Shown: in pieces, positions 48,511-62,078 of the stretch
Layout: the number at the start of each line of letters is the position of its first letter
Numbering within the stretch: the first letter of the stretch is position 1
From: the human T2T-CHM13v2.0 reference genome, Homo sapiens
Length of the DNA stretch: 64,000 nt
Direction: 5' to 3' (one strand)
Assembly: GCF_009914755.1 (NCBI RefSeq)
Contig: NC_060925.1
Notes under the pieces: generated by a model
The model's database searches: none
What the model saw: the letters and a program-made list of their open reading frames with translations, nothing else
Told to the model about the DNA's origin: nothing
Position numbers and translations under genes: made by a program

Positions 48511-48639
48511 AAAAAATATTAATAGGAGATGGAAATATGTAAAAGAACAAATAGCCCCCAGTGTGATGATATGTTCAGTGATAAGAAGTATGCATAAAAC
48601 AGTGTAAGACTACACAGGACGGGGATAGCAGAGCTTTGG

Positions 48640-49245
48640 GGAGAGAGCTCCATAATAGGTTCAAGTTCTGGCTCTGTTACTAATTATTAGGCAAGAAATG
48701 TAATTTCTTGGGGGCATCATTCCCCTTATCAGCAAAATGAGAACATTGGATGATATCCAGGTATGCTCTCAGTGTTAAAATTAGGTGATTAGAAGGTATC
48801 ATTTTATGATACCACTGACTTAAAAATATTTGATTTACAAAATTCAGTATGTAGAAATGTAAGCTAAGCATCAATGTCTTCCCCCATCCCCTACTCCCTC
48901 TAGAGGTCAACTTCCTGTAGCATATTTGGGAAAAATGTCCTCAAATGATGTTTTGTAAGTTGAATGTCTGGGTATTAAAATTCTAAATGGCAGTTTTCTA
49001 GGCTAGCGCATAGCTGCATAACACAATGCTTTTAACTATTAGCTCTGGAGTCTGACCAGTCTTCTTGTGATCATGGGAACATGACTTTATCTTGGTAAAT
49101 AACTTCCATGCTTCAATTTCAATTTCTTTATCCATAAAATGGGGTTAACAATTTTAGTGTTGCTAAGAGCAATAAATCAATTAATACATGTAAGTGTTTA
49201 AAATAATATCTGGACTACGATAGACATTAAGTAAATATTAATTAT
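48640..49245 (+). mobile_element. Two MIR fragments (about 48640-48790 and 49010-49245)
   Basis: MIR cores such as 'ttcttatccataaaatggggttaacaat'. Confidence 0.65.
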
Positions 49246-51867
49246 ATAAATCTATAATGAAGCTCAGTGATTTTGCATCCTTTTTGCTTGTTTGTTTTAG
49301 GCCTGGGATACTTTCTACAAACAAGAGCTTATCTAATTACAGTTGTATATTGTAAACCCTAGGGCAAACACTAAAAACATTTTTTAAGTAGTATAAATAA
49401 TGTCAATTAGGAAATAAAGTGGAATCATAAAAATGCTCAATTAACCCAAGAGAAGAGAGAAAAAGAGTTAAAAAGAAATAAGGAACATATGGAAGAAACA
49501 CAAAACAGCTAACATGATGGTAGATGTTAATCCAACCATATCAACAATCACATTAAATATGAATGCCTGAATGCACCAGTTAAAAAAGGGAGATTGTCAG
49601 ATAGGATCGAAAAGCAAGCCCCAACAATATGCTTTCCTCAATAAATCAATTTTAAATAAAAGACATTTATAAAGTAAAAGTTAAAAGAAAGGAAAAAATA
49701 TACCATGTAAACACTAACCCAAAAAGGCTGAAATAGCTATTTTGATAAGAAACAAAATAGACCTCAGAAAAAGGAACATTATCAAGGATAAAGAGAGACA
49801 TGACATAATGACAAAATAATCAATTTTACAAGAAGACATAACAATGCTAAACGTTTACGCACACAACATCAGAGTTTCAAAATGCATTAGACAAAACCAA
49901 CTAGAACTGAAAGGAAATAAAGGCAGAGCCAGAATTGTAGTTGGAGACTTTATTACTTTTCTCTCAGTAACTGATAGAACATGTAAAGAGAAAATCAGCA
50001 AGAATATGGAAGTCCTTAACAACATTATTAACCAATTATACCTAATTGACATTTCTGGAGCACACCATAGAACAACAGCAAAATATACTTTCTTTTATTA
50101 GTGCATTAGAACACTCACCAGGACAGACTTCATTCAGGCTCAAAATAAACCTCAGCAAATTAAAAAGGGCAGAAATCATACAAAGTATGTTCTCAGACCA
50201 TAACAGAATTAGCCTAGAGAAAAATAACACAACACCAATTAGAAAATCTCCAAATAGTTGGAAATTAAACAGCACAATTCTAAATAATACATAGGTCAAA
50301 GAGGAAGTTTCAAAAAAAATTTAAAGTATTGTGAAGTGAATGAAAATGAACCTGCAGAACTTCAACAAATGTGAGATGACTAAAACAGTGATTACATGGA
50401 AGTGTATAGTATAAAATGGTTATAATAGAAATAAGAAGATCTCAAACCCACAATATAAGTTTTTACCTTACAAAACTAGAAGTAGAAGAGCAAACTACAT
50501 CCAAAGCAAGCAGAAAAAATTAAATATAAATAAAACCAGAAATCAATGAATTTGAAAGAAGAAAAAACATATGATCATCAATAAATGCAGACAAATTATT
50601 TGACAAAATTAAACTTCCATTTATGGTAAAAACTCTTAGCAAACTAGAAATAAAAGAGAGCTTCCTTAATCTGAGAAAGTGCACAATGAACATTAAATGA
50701 TGAAAGACTGAATTGTTTCGTCCTATAGTCAAGAATAAGGTAAGGATGTCCTCTGTCTCTCTCAACATCATTATGGAAGTCCTAGCCAGTGCAATAAAAT
50801 AAGAAAATTAAGAAAAAAGAAGAGAAAAAATATTTATTTATGAACAACAAAAGTATCTATGTAGAAAATCCCAAAAGAAGTCTACAACAACCCTTCTAGA
50901 ACTAATAAAAGAGCTTAGCAAGGTCACAGAATACAAAGTTAACAATTGGAATTCAAAGTTAATTAAAAAAAAAAAACCACTTACTATAATGCCAAAAATA
51001 CTGAGGTATATAAATTTTCAAAATTACATGTAGGATCTGTATGCTAACAACTGCAAAATACTGATGAAAAAAATTAAAGTCCTAAATAAACTTAGAGACA
51101 TATCACGTTAATAGATTGCAAGACTCAATATTGCTAAGATATCAATTCTTTCCGATTCAGTCTAGAGATGAAACAAAATCCCAGAAGCCTCTTTTGTAAA
51201 TATTGATGAGGTGATTCTAAAATATATGTGAAAAGACTAATAAACTAGAATAGCCAGAACAGTTTTGAAAGAGAATAACATCCTGGGGACTTCCTTTCTT
51301 TATTTCAAGACTTAAAGTTACAGTAATCAAGACAGTGTGATATTGGTGAAAGGATAAATGTATAAATTAATGGATCAGATAGCAAAAAATAGGAAATAGA
51401 TCCACACCAATAAAATATAGTCAACTGATTTTTTATAAAGGTGCAAATGCAATTCAGTGGAGAAAGTACAGTGTCTTCAATAAATAGCGCTGCAACAATT
51501 GGAAGTCTGTATGCAAAAAAAGATAATAATCTCAGCCTATATCTCACAGTTTCTACAAAGATTAGCCCTAAATAGATTATAGATATAAAAAATAAAGCTA
51601 TAACACTTTTAGAAAAAAAAAAACAGAAAATCTATGCCAACTTAGATTAAAGAGTTTTACTTACATCACCAAAAGCATGATCCATAAGTGCAAAAGCTCA
51701 ATAAATTGTACTTAATTAAAATGAAAAATGTTTGCTCTTCAAAAGACACAGCCACAGACTAGAGAAAATACTTGCAAATCACATTTCTGGCAAAGCACTT
51801 CTGTCCAGGATATATAAAAACTCTCAAAATCCAGCAATGGGAAATCCACCCAATTAAAAAGTGGTTA

Positions 51868-52885
51868 GATTTTATTCTTTGTACCTTACCAGTCTGCATT
51901 ACCTGCTGAACTGGCCTCACTCTGAAGACTAACACTTCTGCTAGAAGTAGCTCCTGACTTAAAGCTCCTTGTTTATCCCAGACATGTTAGTGGGAGAGAT
52001 TTTGCTCTTTTAAGGGATTTTTAGAAGGAAGAGTTTTTATCCACTAAAAGGAGTTCACAGGATTTCAAGAGCTCTCTGACTATTGTATTACATTCCTCTT
52101 CCTATCTAATCCTTGCTTTTTAAGTCCAGGTGGGAGAAATCTGGTTGTCCTGGATGTTGAAGAAGTTCACTGTTGTGATGGTGTGTGACTTCAACCTATC
52201 ATCAATTCCATGGCACAAAATGATGCCAAAATAATCCAGCAGCAGCTAAACTCAGAGGAGAAAACCAAATAAGCAGAGTAAGTTTTTAGCTGCAGAAATT
52301 AGAATAGATGGAGTCTGCTTTAAATTGGGAGGACTCCAACGCAGGAAGGAAATGTCCTTTTCAATTTTAAAGACTTTTTTTTTTCCCTGAAGGCAGTTTA
52401 ACTCATATTTGCACTTACATACTTTTCTTTGCGTATTAAGGTAGCAGCCTTCAACTCAATCCATGCTGCATTTAAGGGTGGAATGTTTTGTTCATCAGAA
52501 AACTTAACAGAAACTGGCCTTTTATTTGTTACTTTCAAAAGGCCCACATGGTACAACTGGAGAAGTCCCAGTTTGTTTTTCTAAGTCATCAAAATGTATA
52601 TAAATTTTCTAGATTGAATAACAGTCTTGCACATCTATCATGGTACAATTTAATATGCATCTTTCCCAATCCTTCTTCTCCCACCCTAAAAAAAAATGAA
52701 ACCATTTTATGATGCATTGCACACCTTCTGGGTAAACTGATCTTTAAATTTTGAGACAGTATAAAGAAAATCTGGTTTTGTCTCACAGTTTAACTGACAC
52801 CATTTTTTGTTCTGTATATTTAGAATAAAATTGTGAGAAATCTATATAAAGTCATCTTTGATCGCTCCAAAAAAGAAAAAAAAAA
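51868..52885 (+). pseudogene. VMP1: Retrocopy fragment of VMP1 (TMEM49): intron-like leader + terminal coding exon (52133-52272) + 3'UTR + poly(A)
   Basis: Translates GEIWLSWMLKKFTVVMVCDFNL / [23 protein letters not shown] (one frameshift) against the VMP1 C-terminus [47 protein letters not shown]. The downstream sequence matches the VMP1 3'UTR as I recall it. A tail at 52869-52885; TSD aaaagtggtta / aaaagcagtta. Confidence 0.9.
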
Positions 52886-52887
52886 GT

Positions 52888-53190
52888 GGCCAGGCCCCTT
52901 GGCTCATTCGTGTAATCCCAGCACTTTGGGAGGACAAGGCGAGAGTGTCACTTGAGCCCAGGAATTCCAGCAGAATGGGCAACATAGTGAAGACCTTGTC
53001 TCTACAAAAAATCAGAAAATTAGCCAGGCATGGTGGCACACACCTGTGATCCCAGTTACTCAGAAGGGTGAGGTGGGAGGATCACTGAGCCTGGGGGGGC
53101 AAGGCTGCAGTGAGGTATGACTGCACCACTGCACTCCATCCAGCCTGGGTGACAGAGCAAGATCTTGTCTCAATAAAAACAAAACAAAAG
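52888..53190 (+). mobile_element. AluJ inserted at the retrocopy tail/TSD
   Basis: Diverged dimer directly after the retrocopy poly(A). Confidence 0.88.
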
Positions 53191-53721
53191 AAAAGCAGTT
53201 AAAAGATCTAAACCATTTAACCAAAGAAAACGTGTATGGAAAATAAGCCTACAAAAGGATGCCCAACAACGTAAATGATAGGAAAATGCAAATTAAAGCT
53301 ACCATGATGTATCACTACATACCTATTAGAATGGTTAATTAAAAAAAATAGCAATACCAAGCGTCGACAAAGGTATAAACCAACTAGAACTCATACATAG
53401 CTGGTGGAAATGCGAAATATTAGTCTCTTTGAGAAACACTTCAAGAATTCTTACAAAGGTAAACATATACCTACGCTATGATCCATTAATCCCACTTCTA
53501 GCTATCAAACTAAAAGAAATAAAAACTTATGTTCCTATAAAAACATGTACTTTGTATGAACATTTATAGGAGCTTTATTTATATTCTTCAAAAGTTGGAA
53601 ACGTTCCAGATGTCCTTCAGCCAGAGAATCAATAGACAAGCTGTGGTAGATTTGTGTAAGAGAATAATACTATACGGCAATGAATAGGAAGAGACTATTG
53701 ATTCACAAACAACACGGATGA

Positions 53722-54028
<307 letters not shown>

Positions 54029-55091
54029 TACGTGGATGAATCTTAAATGCATTTTGTTAAGTGAAAGGAGCTAGACTCAAAATGATACATGTTATATGAT
54101 TCAATTTATATGATACTCTGGGAATAGGAAAACCCTAAGGAAGAAATATAGAACAGTGGTTTCCAGGCATTCCATAGTAGGAGGAACAGTTGCTTATAAA
54201 GAGGCAGCACCAGTGGATTTCAGGGCTGATGGAGCTATCCTACATGCAATTGTGGTGACAGAAACATGGATCTATGCATTTGTCAAAACCCATAGAGCTG
54301 TTCACCAAAAAGAATAAATTTTACCATGTTTGTTTCTTTGTTTTTCAGAAAATCCATCAAGACAATGGGGAGGGCTGGTGGATACCAGACTGTGACAGAA
54401 TTTAATTTATGACAAAAGAATCACATAACACATGACCTCACTGAAGGAGATGGAGAAGAAAGGAAGTGACCTACGTAACTTTGGAAAACAGTGTTTTGAC
54501 TACATACTTAAAGGTTGAAGACATAAGAACTATGCGGAAACATTATAGTCTAATTGGTAAATTTATTTTTTAGAGGTGTATGGGTTAATAGCTCTGAAAA
54601 TACTTTATTAGTAAACTAGGTTTTAACAAATGAGTAAATATATTTTAGCTAGTGAGAGCTAGATTTCTCAACATCAAAGAAATAAGTTACAAATAAGGAA
54701 AGGTGGAAGGCTAGAATGAACTTGTGGTCCTGAACTGGAATCAAGATACAAATGTAAGCTCATGCATTTTAAAAATTACACAGGAGAGAAAGATAATAGA
54801 AAAACAGAAATAGAAGTACATATGCATTAGTTAGTATTCAGACATATATTTCCTAGCTCCATCTACTAGACTAGAAGAAGTGATACTCAGCAAGGAGCAT
54901 ACCTAGAACTTAGATCTTAGTTTCTGAATACCGTTTTCTAATAAAAGGAACCAGCGCTCCATGGAAAACTGATTGACTCCAGGTTTGGGACAGAGATAAT
55001 TCATGATAAACCTGTACCATTCCTGTGGCATCACAAAGTAAGTAATTCCTTAAATAAAAAAACTAAGGGGGTATATAAAATCACCAGTAGA

Positions 55092-55428
<337 letters not shown>

Positions 55429-55653
55429 CTAGAATTAACAGGAAAAAGTTTAAGAGGCAACAAGATATTTGCATAGTGTTAAATTATCATCCAATAAATA
55501 TTTAGTATATTACTAAGGGAAAAATAGTACCTTTACAGTGAAGAATTCTGGCAGACACCACCTTAACCAGGTGATAAAGGTTAATTAACATCAGCAGTAA
55601 TAAGAGAAACGACATCAGGTACTCGTGAGGTAATGACATAATAAGAATGATGC

Positions 55654-55950
55654 GGCCGGGCGCGGTAGCTCATGCCTGTAATCTCAGCACTTTGGGAGGC
55701 TGAGGCAGGCGGATCACGAGGTCAGGAGATCGAGACCATCCTGGCTAACACGATGAAAACTGGTCTCTACTAAAAATACAAAAAATTAGCTGGGCCTGAT
55801 GGCGGGCGCCTGTAGTCCCAGCTGCTGGGGAGGCTGAGGCAGGATAATGACGTGAACCCAGGAGGCGGAGCTTGCAGTGAGCCAAGATTGCGTCACTGTA
55901 CTCCAGCCTGAGTGGCAGAGCGAGACTCCGTCTCACAAAAAAAAAAAAAA
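55654..55950 (+). mobile_element. AluY
   Basis: TSD aataagaatgatgc. Confidence 0.92.
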
Positions 55951-57879
55951 AATAAGAATGATGCATCATCTCTGTGATACCCTTCCCAAGAATGCATAAC
56001 TTCAATTTATCAGAAGAAAATAACAAACAAACCCCAATTGAGAGCCTTTCTACAAAATAACACAGGTGCTCTTCAAAAGTGTCAAGACTATGAAAGATAA
56101 GGAAAGCCAAAAGGACTGTCACAACTTGGAGGAGACGAGGAAGACCTTAATGCAAAGCGCTCTCCGGGATTGCAGAATCACTAATACAATAACCTGTAAA
56201 TTATAGGGTCTATTTTATGCACATATATTTAAATTATATATATGCAAGGATTGCATCCTTGGATACAGAAAAGATATTAGTGGAAAAACTATTTATACAT
56301 ATATTGTTCTACTGGTTCTGCTTTTTTGATAGAACTCTTACTGATACAGCAGGTAAAAATAGAGCTGCTCCTGGTTGGTCCATCTGAAGGTGCTTTTCCA
56401 TATCACCCTTTCCTTTCTACTCACTTGATTCCACTGGGAAGTGCTTTACTGAGCACTGTCTATAACTTCCATGCTCAGGTCTCTCTCAAAATAATGTTCC
56501 TGTCCCACACAGCTCCCACCAGAGAGGTAGATGTGGGATAGGTCACACTTCTGGGTGTTTTCCTTTTCCTCTCCATAATGTATATAAGGCTATGATATTG
56601 GATCCGACTACAGAAATGACTTAAGAGGTAAGTAAAGTGAATTGCAAGATAATTGAGTGAGAAGTAGAAAATATCTGTTTCCATAGTCCAAGTGAAAACA
56701 CAAAAGCATATGATAGAAGGTCTAGGCAGGTTCCATCCCCATTCGCAGCCTTGCTTCCCTTATCCTCGAATCTGCCCTCCTTTCAAAAATGCCTCCTCCT
56801 TCAAATATTCACAGTGCAAATCCCCACCATTCTTCTAAGGTCAACCCCACAGGAATTAATCTGATACAAGGATTCGTTTCATTATCTCTTGGTGAAGGTC
56901 ATTCTTAACAATACAATTCCTCAATCTAGATGAACTCTACGAACATCAACTGTTCATAGGAAATGTTTCTTCTGTTTATCTGGATATTATTCCCCTAAAT
57001 ACAACATAATTTACAGAGATCCTTGCCTCAACAGAGAATTATGTTTTAAGTTGTGTCAACCAAAATAGTGCCACCTGCCCCTTGAACAATCTTGACCCAC
57101 AGCTGCCACCCAACAACCCCCATTTATGTATAAGTTATTTATTTTCTGCTTCTAAAGTTCACCCCCAACTCTTGAGGAACAAAGAAAAAACCCTATGAGT
57201 GTAGCTTTTTCAAGCCATCCAAATCTTTGTCTCCTGGAAACTGCCCAGTAAAAGTTTCAAAATGACTTTTTTATGTTCCTTGATCTGTGGTTTTCTGTGG
57301 TTAGTAGAAGAAAGTGCTAGAGTATTTTTTCCTCATATCTGACATTTCAAGGGGGGAGAAATAGGGACTAGGAAGCCATCGTTGTTTGTTCTTGATACAA
57401 TAGCTGAAGTTCCTGATATTGCTCACCTGAAAATTTGAGGCGTGGGAGTGGGGTGAAGACCTGATATCTTAATTTCCAGGTTCAGAAGTAAAGTGCCAAT
57501 AATATCAACTTATGAAAAATGATCCTATGACAAACCTCACATGTGGTACTAAATCCACTAAACATTTATCTCAATAATTTGAAAACTCTTATTTCCATTA
57601 GTTTGACTGACTGCAATTCCATAAATTATACATCTATTTATCAGACCTATATAGTGCCACTCAACCAGGGATCCCTCTCTTCATGTAACTTTGTTCAGAT
57701 GGATCCTCTGCCCCATCCTGTACCAGTGATTCCTTTGCACTCAAGAAATGGGAATACTATTTGGAGGCTAGGTTAAAAATGGGAGTGAGGTAGCACAGAA
57801 CAGGAAAAGCAAAGTAATTCTGGAGCCTCAAGAACTCTAGGAAGATGTTAAGAATGGAACTGAAGCTGATTTAGGGTAG

Positions 57880-58012
57880 TATGAACTTTCAAGAGATCCT
57901 GAACTAGGCTGTGGCCCAGATTCCTGACTCACACAACCCATGAAATAAGAAGTGCTTGTTTTAAGACACTAAGGTTTGGAGTAATCTGTTACATAGCAAT
58001 AGAAACTAATAT
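57880..58012 (+). mobile_element. MLT1 LTR 3' fragment
   Basis: 'cagattcctgactcacacaacc...ttaagacactaaggtttggagtaatctgttacatagcaatagaaactaata'. Confidence 0.7.
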
Positions 58013-58407
58013 GATAATCTGTGACTCTTACGGCCTTTTATATGTGCATATGTTTAAATGTTATATATATATTTAAATAAACTATTACAGGTTGGCCTGA
58101 GAATCTTAACTCCAGTTATAATGTTGTTCTTGTGGAAGAGCACACTCTGAATTCTAAACTTTTTCCTTAAAAGCTATTGAAGCATTGAAACACAATATAT
58201 TTGTAAGTTGAGGATTTTCTATATTTAAAGGATACTCTTTTAAAATATCTTATCAATATTTTCATAATCTTCATAGGGTCTAAGTTGAAGGATTGTGTGT
58301 GATTTGATATTCCTTTTATACTTCCTTCTGCATTTTCAGAGTTTTTCCACAATAAATATATTCTACTTTTTCCCCCTGGTAAACTCACATGAGTTATTTT
58401 AAGACTA

Positions 58408-58709
<302 letters not shown>

Positions 58710-59972
58710 CTAACCCAAATATTACTTCACCCTAGGCTTGCCCTCTTCCAAGGCAAGATTTAAATGGCTCCTTTCAGTTCTGTTTTGAACTTCCCTCTCT
58801 CCCAGCACTGATCACACTATCGTAATTTACCTTTTTATCCTGTGTTCCCTGCTGGACCATGTGCTTATTAATTGTATTCATGTGCTGTGAGTCTAGAAAA
58901 GTGTTCATACACAGTGCAGGCGCTCAATAGCCAATAATAACTATTCATAGTAATAGCTTATGAAAGAATGAATGCATACACAAAGGAACTTGAAAAAGAA
59001 CTTTAGACATTTGGAGATACCGCCGTTGTGCATTTCAATGGGTGACTATAGGTGTGATGAACACTGGATTAAAAGAGGCAAAATGATGTCTAAATGAGAA
59101 AATCGGATACATCATTTTTGCTTAAACTCTTCCAGTGGTTCCCATTGTTCTCAGGGAATGAAAAAGGATTGAAATATTTTGACCTCGCTGCTGCCTACAG
59201 CTATAGCGTCTCATCTTTTCCAAACTGTCTCTATCCCTCCTTCTCTTTCTGTCTGCACTTCACCCACCTGGCCATTTTCTATTTCTTACCATCTTTTCTC
59301 CACCATTTTACACAGGCTGCTCTTTTCACCAGGAACGACATTTCCTTTACCTACTATAATTTCATGTTGTTAAATTTGCCACAGTTGTAATTTCCCCCTT
59401 ATTTGTGTGATCATGTATTCATCTGCCTGCTATTAGAGAGCACACTTCATGAGAGAAGATGGTGGCCTGTTTTTGCTCACCAGCACTCATGAGTGATTGG
59501 ATAACTTTCGGTCACAGGAATTTATCTCTTGAATATATTCTGCAGCTGTATGATGAAAGGCTTGGGTTCTCCATTATAGGAGTTAACATGTAAGTGAGCT
59601 GGCAGGAGAGTATTTAAAGACAAGAGGGTATTGTCTGAAGGTAAAACCAATTAAACCAGAGTAATCCGAAAGGAATGAACCCTTAAAAACTGTGCCTGTC
59701 ATGCCACACCATCACTTCAAGGCTCTTGCTTCTGATTCTGTGAACACAAAAGAAGACATGTTGACTAGATGAACCTCCCTGAGAGGCCTTTGTAAAATAA
59801 TTATAAATCATATTAATATTCATATACCAAGCACTAAGCACTGTTCTAAGTGGGTTGTATGCATCAACTCAATCCTCACCACAACCCTCTGAGACACGTG
59901 GGAGCTCAGGTGACACAAGGAGAAAGTGGTAGACCAGGAGTTCAGACTCAAGCAGTCCAGCTTAGTGCTGGA

Positions 59973-60057
59973 CTGAGGGCTGACAAGGCCTGCCATAAGA
60001 AAGGGGACTTAGAACATACAGGGTTGCTCAGGGTAGAAAAATAAATAAATGTCTCCT
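59973..60057 (+). repeat. 85-bp dispersed direct repeat, copy 1 (copy 2 at 62079-62163)
   Basis: ctgagggctgacaa...gtagaaaaataaataaatgtctcct; 2 mismatches between the copies. Confidence 0.95.
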
Positions 60058-62078
60058 TCACTTTCACACACTACATGCATGACACTGGCTCTCCTCTATT
60101 GGAAGTAAAGGAGGTTGAAGGTCCAGCAAACATTTCTTCCAAGAACTGGAGCCACTTCTGTGTCTAAGATTAAGATTTCCCAGCCACTGCCATGTGTTTC
60201 CTCTCCTCCCCTAAGTACTCCCAGATGTATATTTCATGTTCTCTATTATGTTAGAGAATACTCAGCTAGATTAGAATCCTAGCTCTGATACTGGTTGTGC
60301 AAACTTGGGAAAGTTGTTCAAACTCTCTGTCCCTGTCTGGAAAATGAAATCAACAGTTGTATCATGCTACTGGGAGTATTAGTTAATGCACAGAAAGAGT
60401 TTAGCACATCTGTCCCATAATAGACACTGAATTACCTGCAGCTACTATATTTAGTTAGCATTCAATGGCATTTTTTTATCCTATGAACCAACTTAGCTGC
60501 TTTATAACATACCTCTTTCTTATTTCTATATCCAGTGATAAGATTGTGGTAACATCCCATTGTTGAGGACATGCCTCTTTCATGAACATAAGGGTCACTG
60601 TGATGGAATAGACGTGTATCTAATAACAGAAATAATTTTCACTGTAAGTTATTGGGTTCACATGCCCTTTGATCAACCGAATCACTGAAGAACAAAGCAC
60701 AATCCTCATATCACAATTTCTTATTTTGAATTTTTATAAGCATGTTTGCGGTTTACAAGTACAATTATTTTCTTGATCATTGGTGTTGAGTGTTGCAGCC
60801 AACTGTTTGAGTTCTCTTTTCTCCACCATGGTCAACTGGGGAGGTTGCCTGGGCCAGTCCCTTTCCATCCATCATTTTCCAGTTTTCTGATGCATGAACC
60901 CTTCCAGGAGCTGGAAAGCAGCATCAAAGAAAGGTTGTGAAGCTTATTACTGTGTGTAAAGTACCTTGCAATCCCTGACTGAAAGAAGCTATAGAAATGC
61001 AAAGAATTCAGTGTGATTTTATCTGCAGAATAAGTTCAGGTCAGAACATCAGGCAGGATTTAAGCTCTATCTCTTGCTTCTTTTGCTATTGTGGATTAAA
61101 GTCAGTCCATTTTAATGTTCCTAAAATGTAATTTTTTTCTGAGGATAGCTAGACATGCGATGCTGAAAAGGATTTAATTCACTGTGTTGTCACAGGGATG
61201 ATGATGTTGGCTCAATTTTGGATGTTAGGAGAAAGCTGTAGGATGCTAAACTCTCCCCCTGTTGCAATTCTCACAATGCAATAGAATTAAGGGGAAGAAG
61301 GAGTGCACCTAAGCAAAATGTTAGGATGCTGGACAGTTTGAGAGAGGGGTCAGAGAAGGTTGAACTTGGCAGAATGGCTCCCTGGTGTGGGGCGTTATCA
61401 GACCAGAATGGATGAGGATGAGAAGAGAGACACAATCAGCCAGAGGATTGCTGAGTGCAGTTAACTGCTGGAGGGTAATTCTGAACAAACCACAAAGTAT
61501 TAAAATTAAAAAAAAAGACACCCTGGGATTAATTGTCATTCCACTGGCCTGTGAGGCAACTGATACCAAATATAATTGAATTACTTTGTAATTATTTCTT
61601 TTAGAGTATTTAACCTAAGCTAGGCTTTGGAGATGGAATTTTTTTCTCTCTCTCTTTTGCTTTACACTGCAAATGGTTTTGCATTATGGATATTTTTCTG
61701 CTTTACTGTATTATCTTGTGCAAACTACTCTGGTTTGTTTTCCCCCCTCTTTCTTGCCAATGGGGTTGTTTACTTATCGGAATTAAAGTCAGAAGTGAGC
61801 GTCTCTTGCCAGCAGGACAGAATTTCTAATAAATATGTAAATAACACCTCTCTCGGCTGTGGTTGCGGGCACTGTTCTCACGTGGCCCACCAGGCTACAG
61901 TCTGGGGCTCAAGCAGGCTTGGAAAAGAGAATAGATTTCATCAATCTGCAGATCAGAAAGAAATCAAATTAAATCAAAGCTGAGAGGGCAAAGGAACAAA
62001 GGTGAGGTGGTAATAATGGGCATATGTTCTTGTGCTTGTAGAGTTGGGTCATTTTCTCTGGTCCATGAGTGAAAGTGT

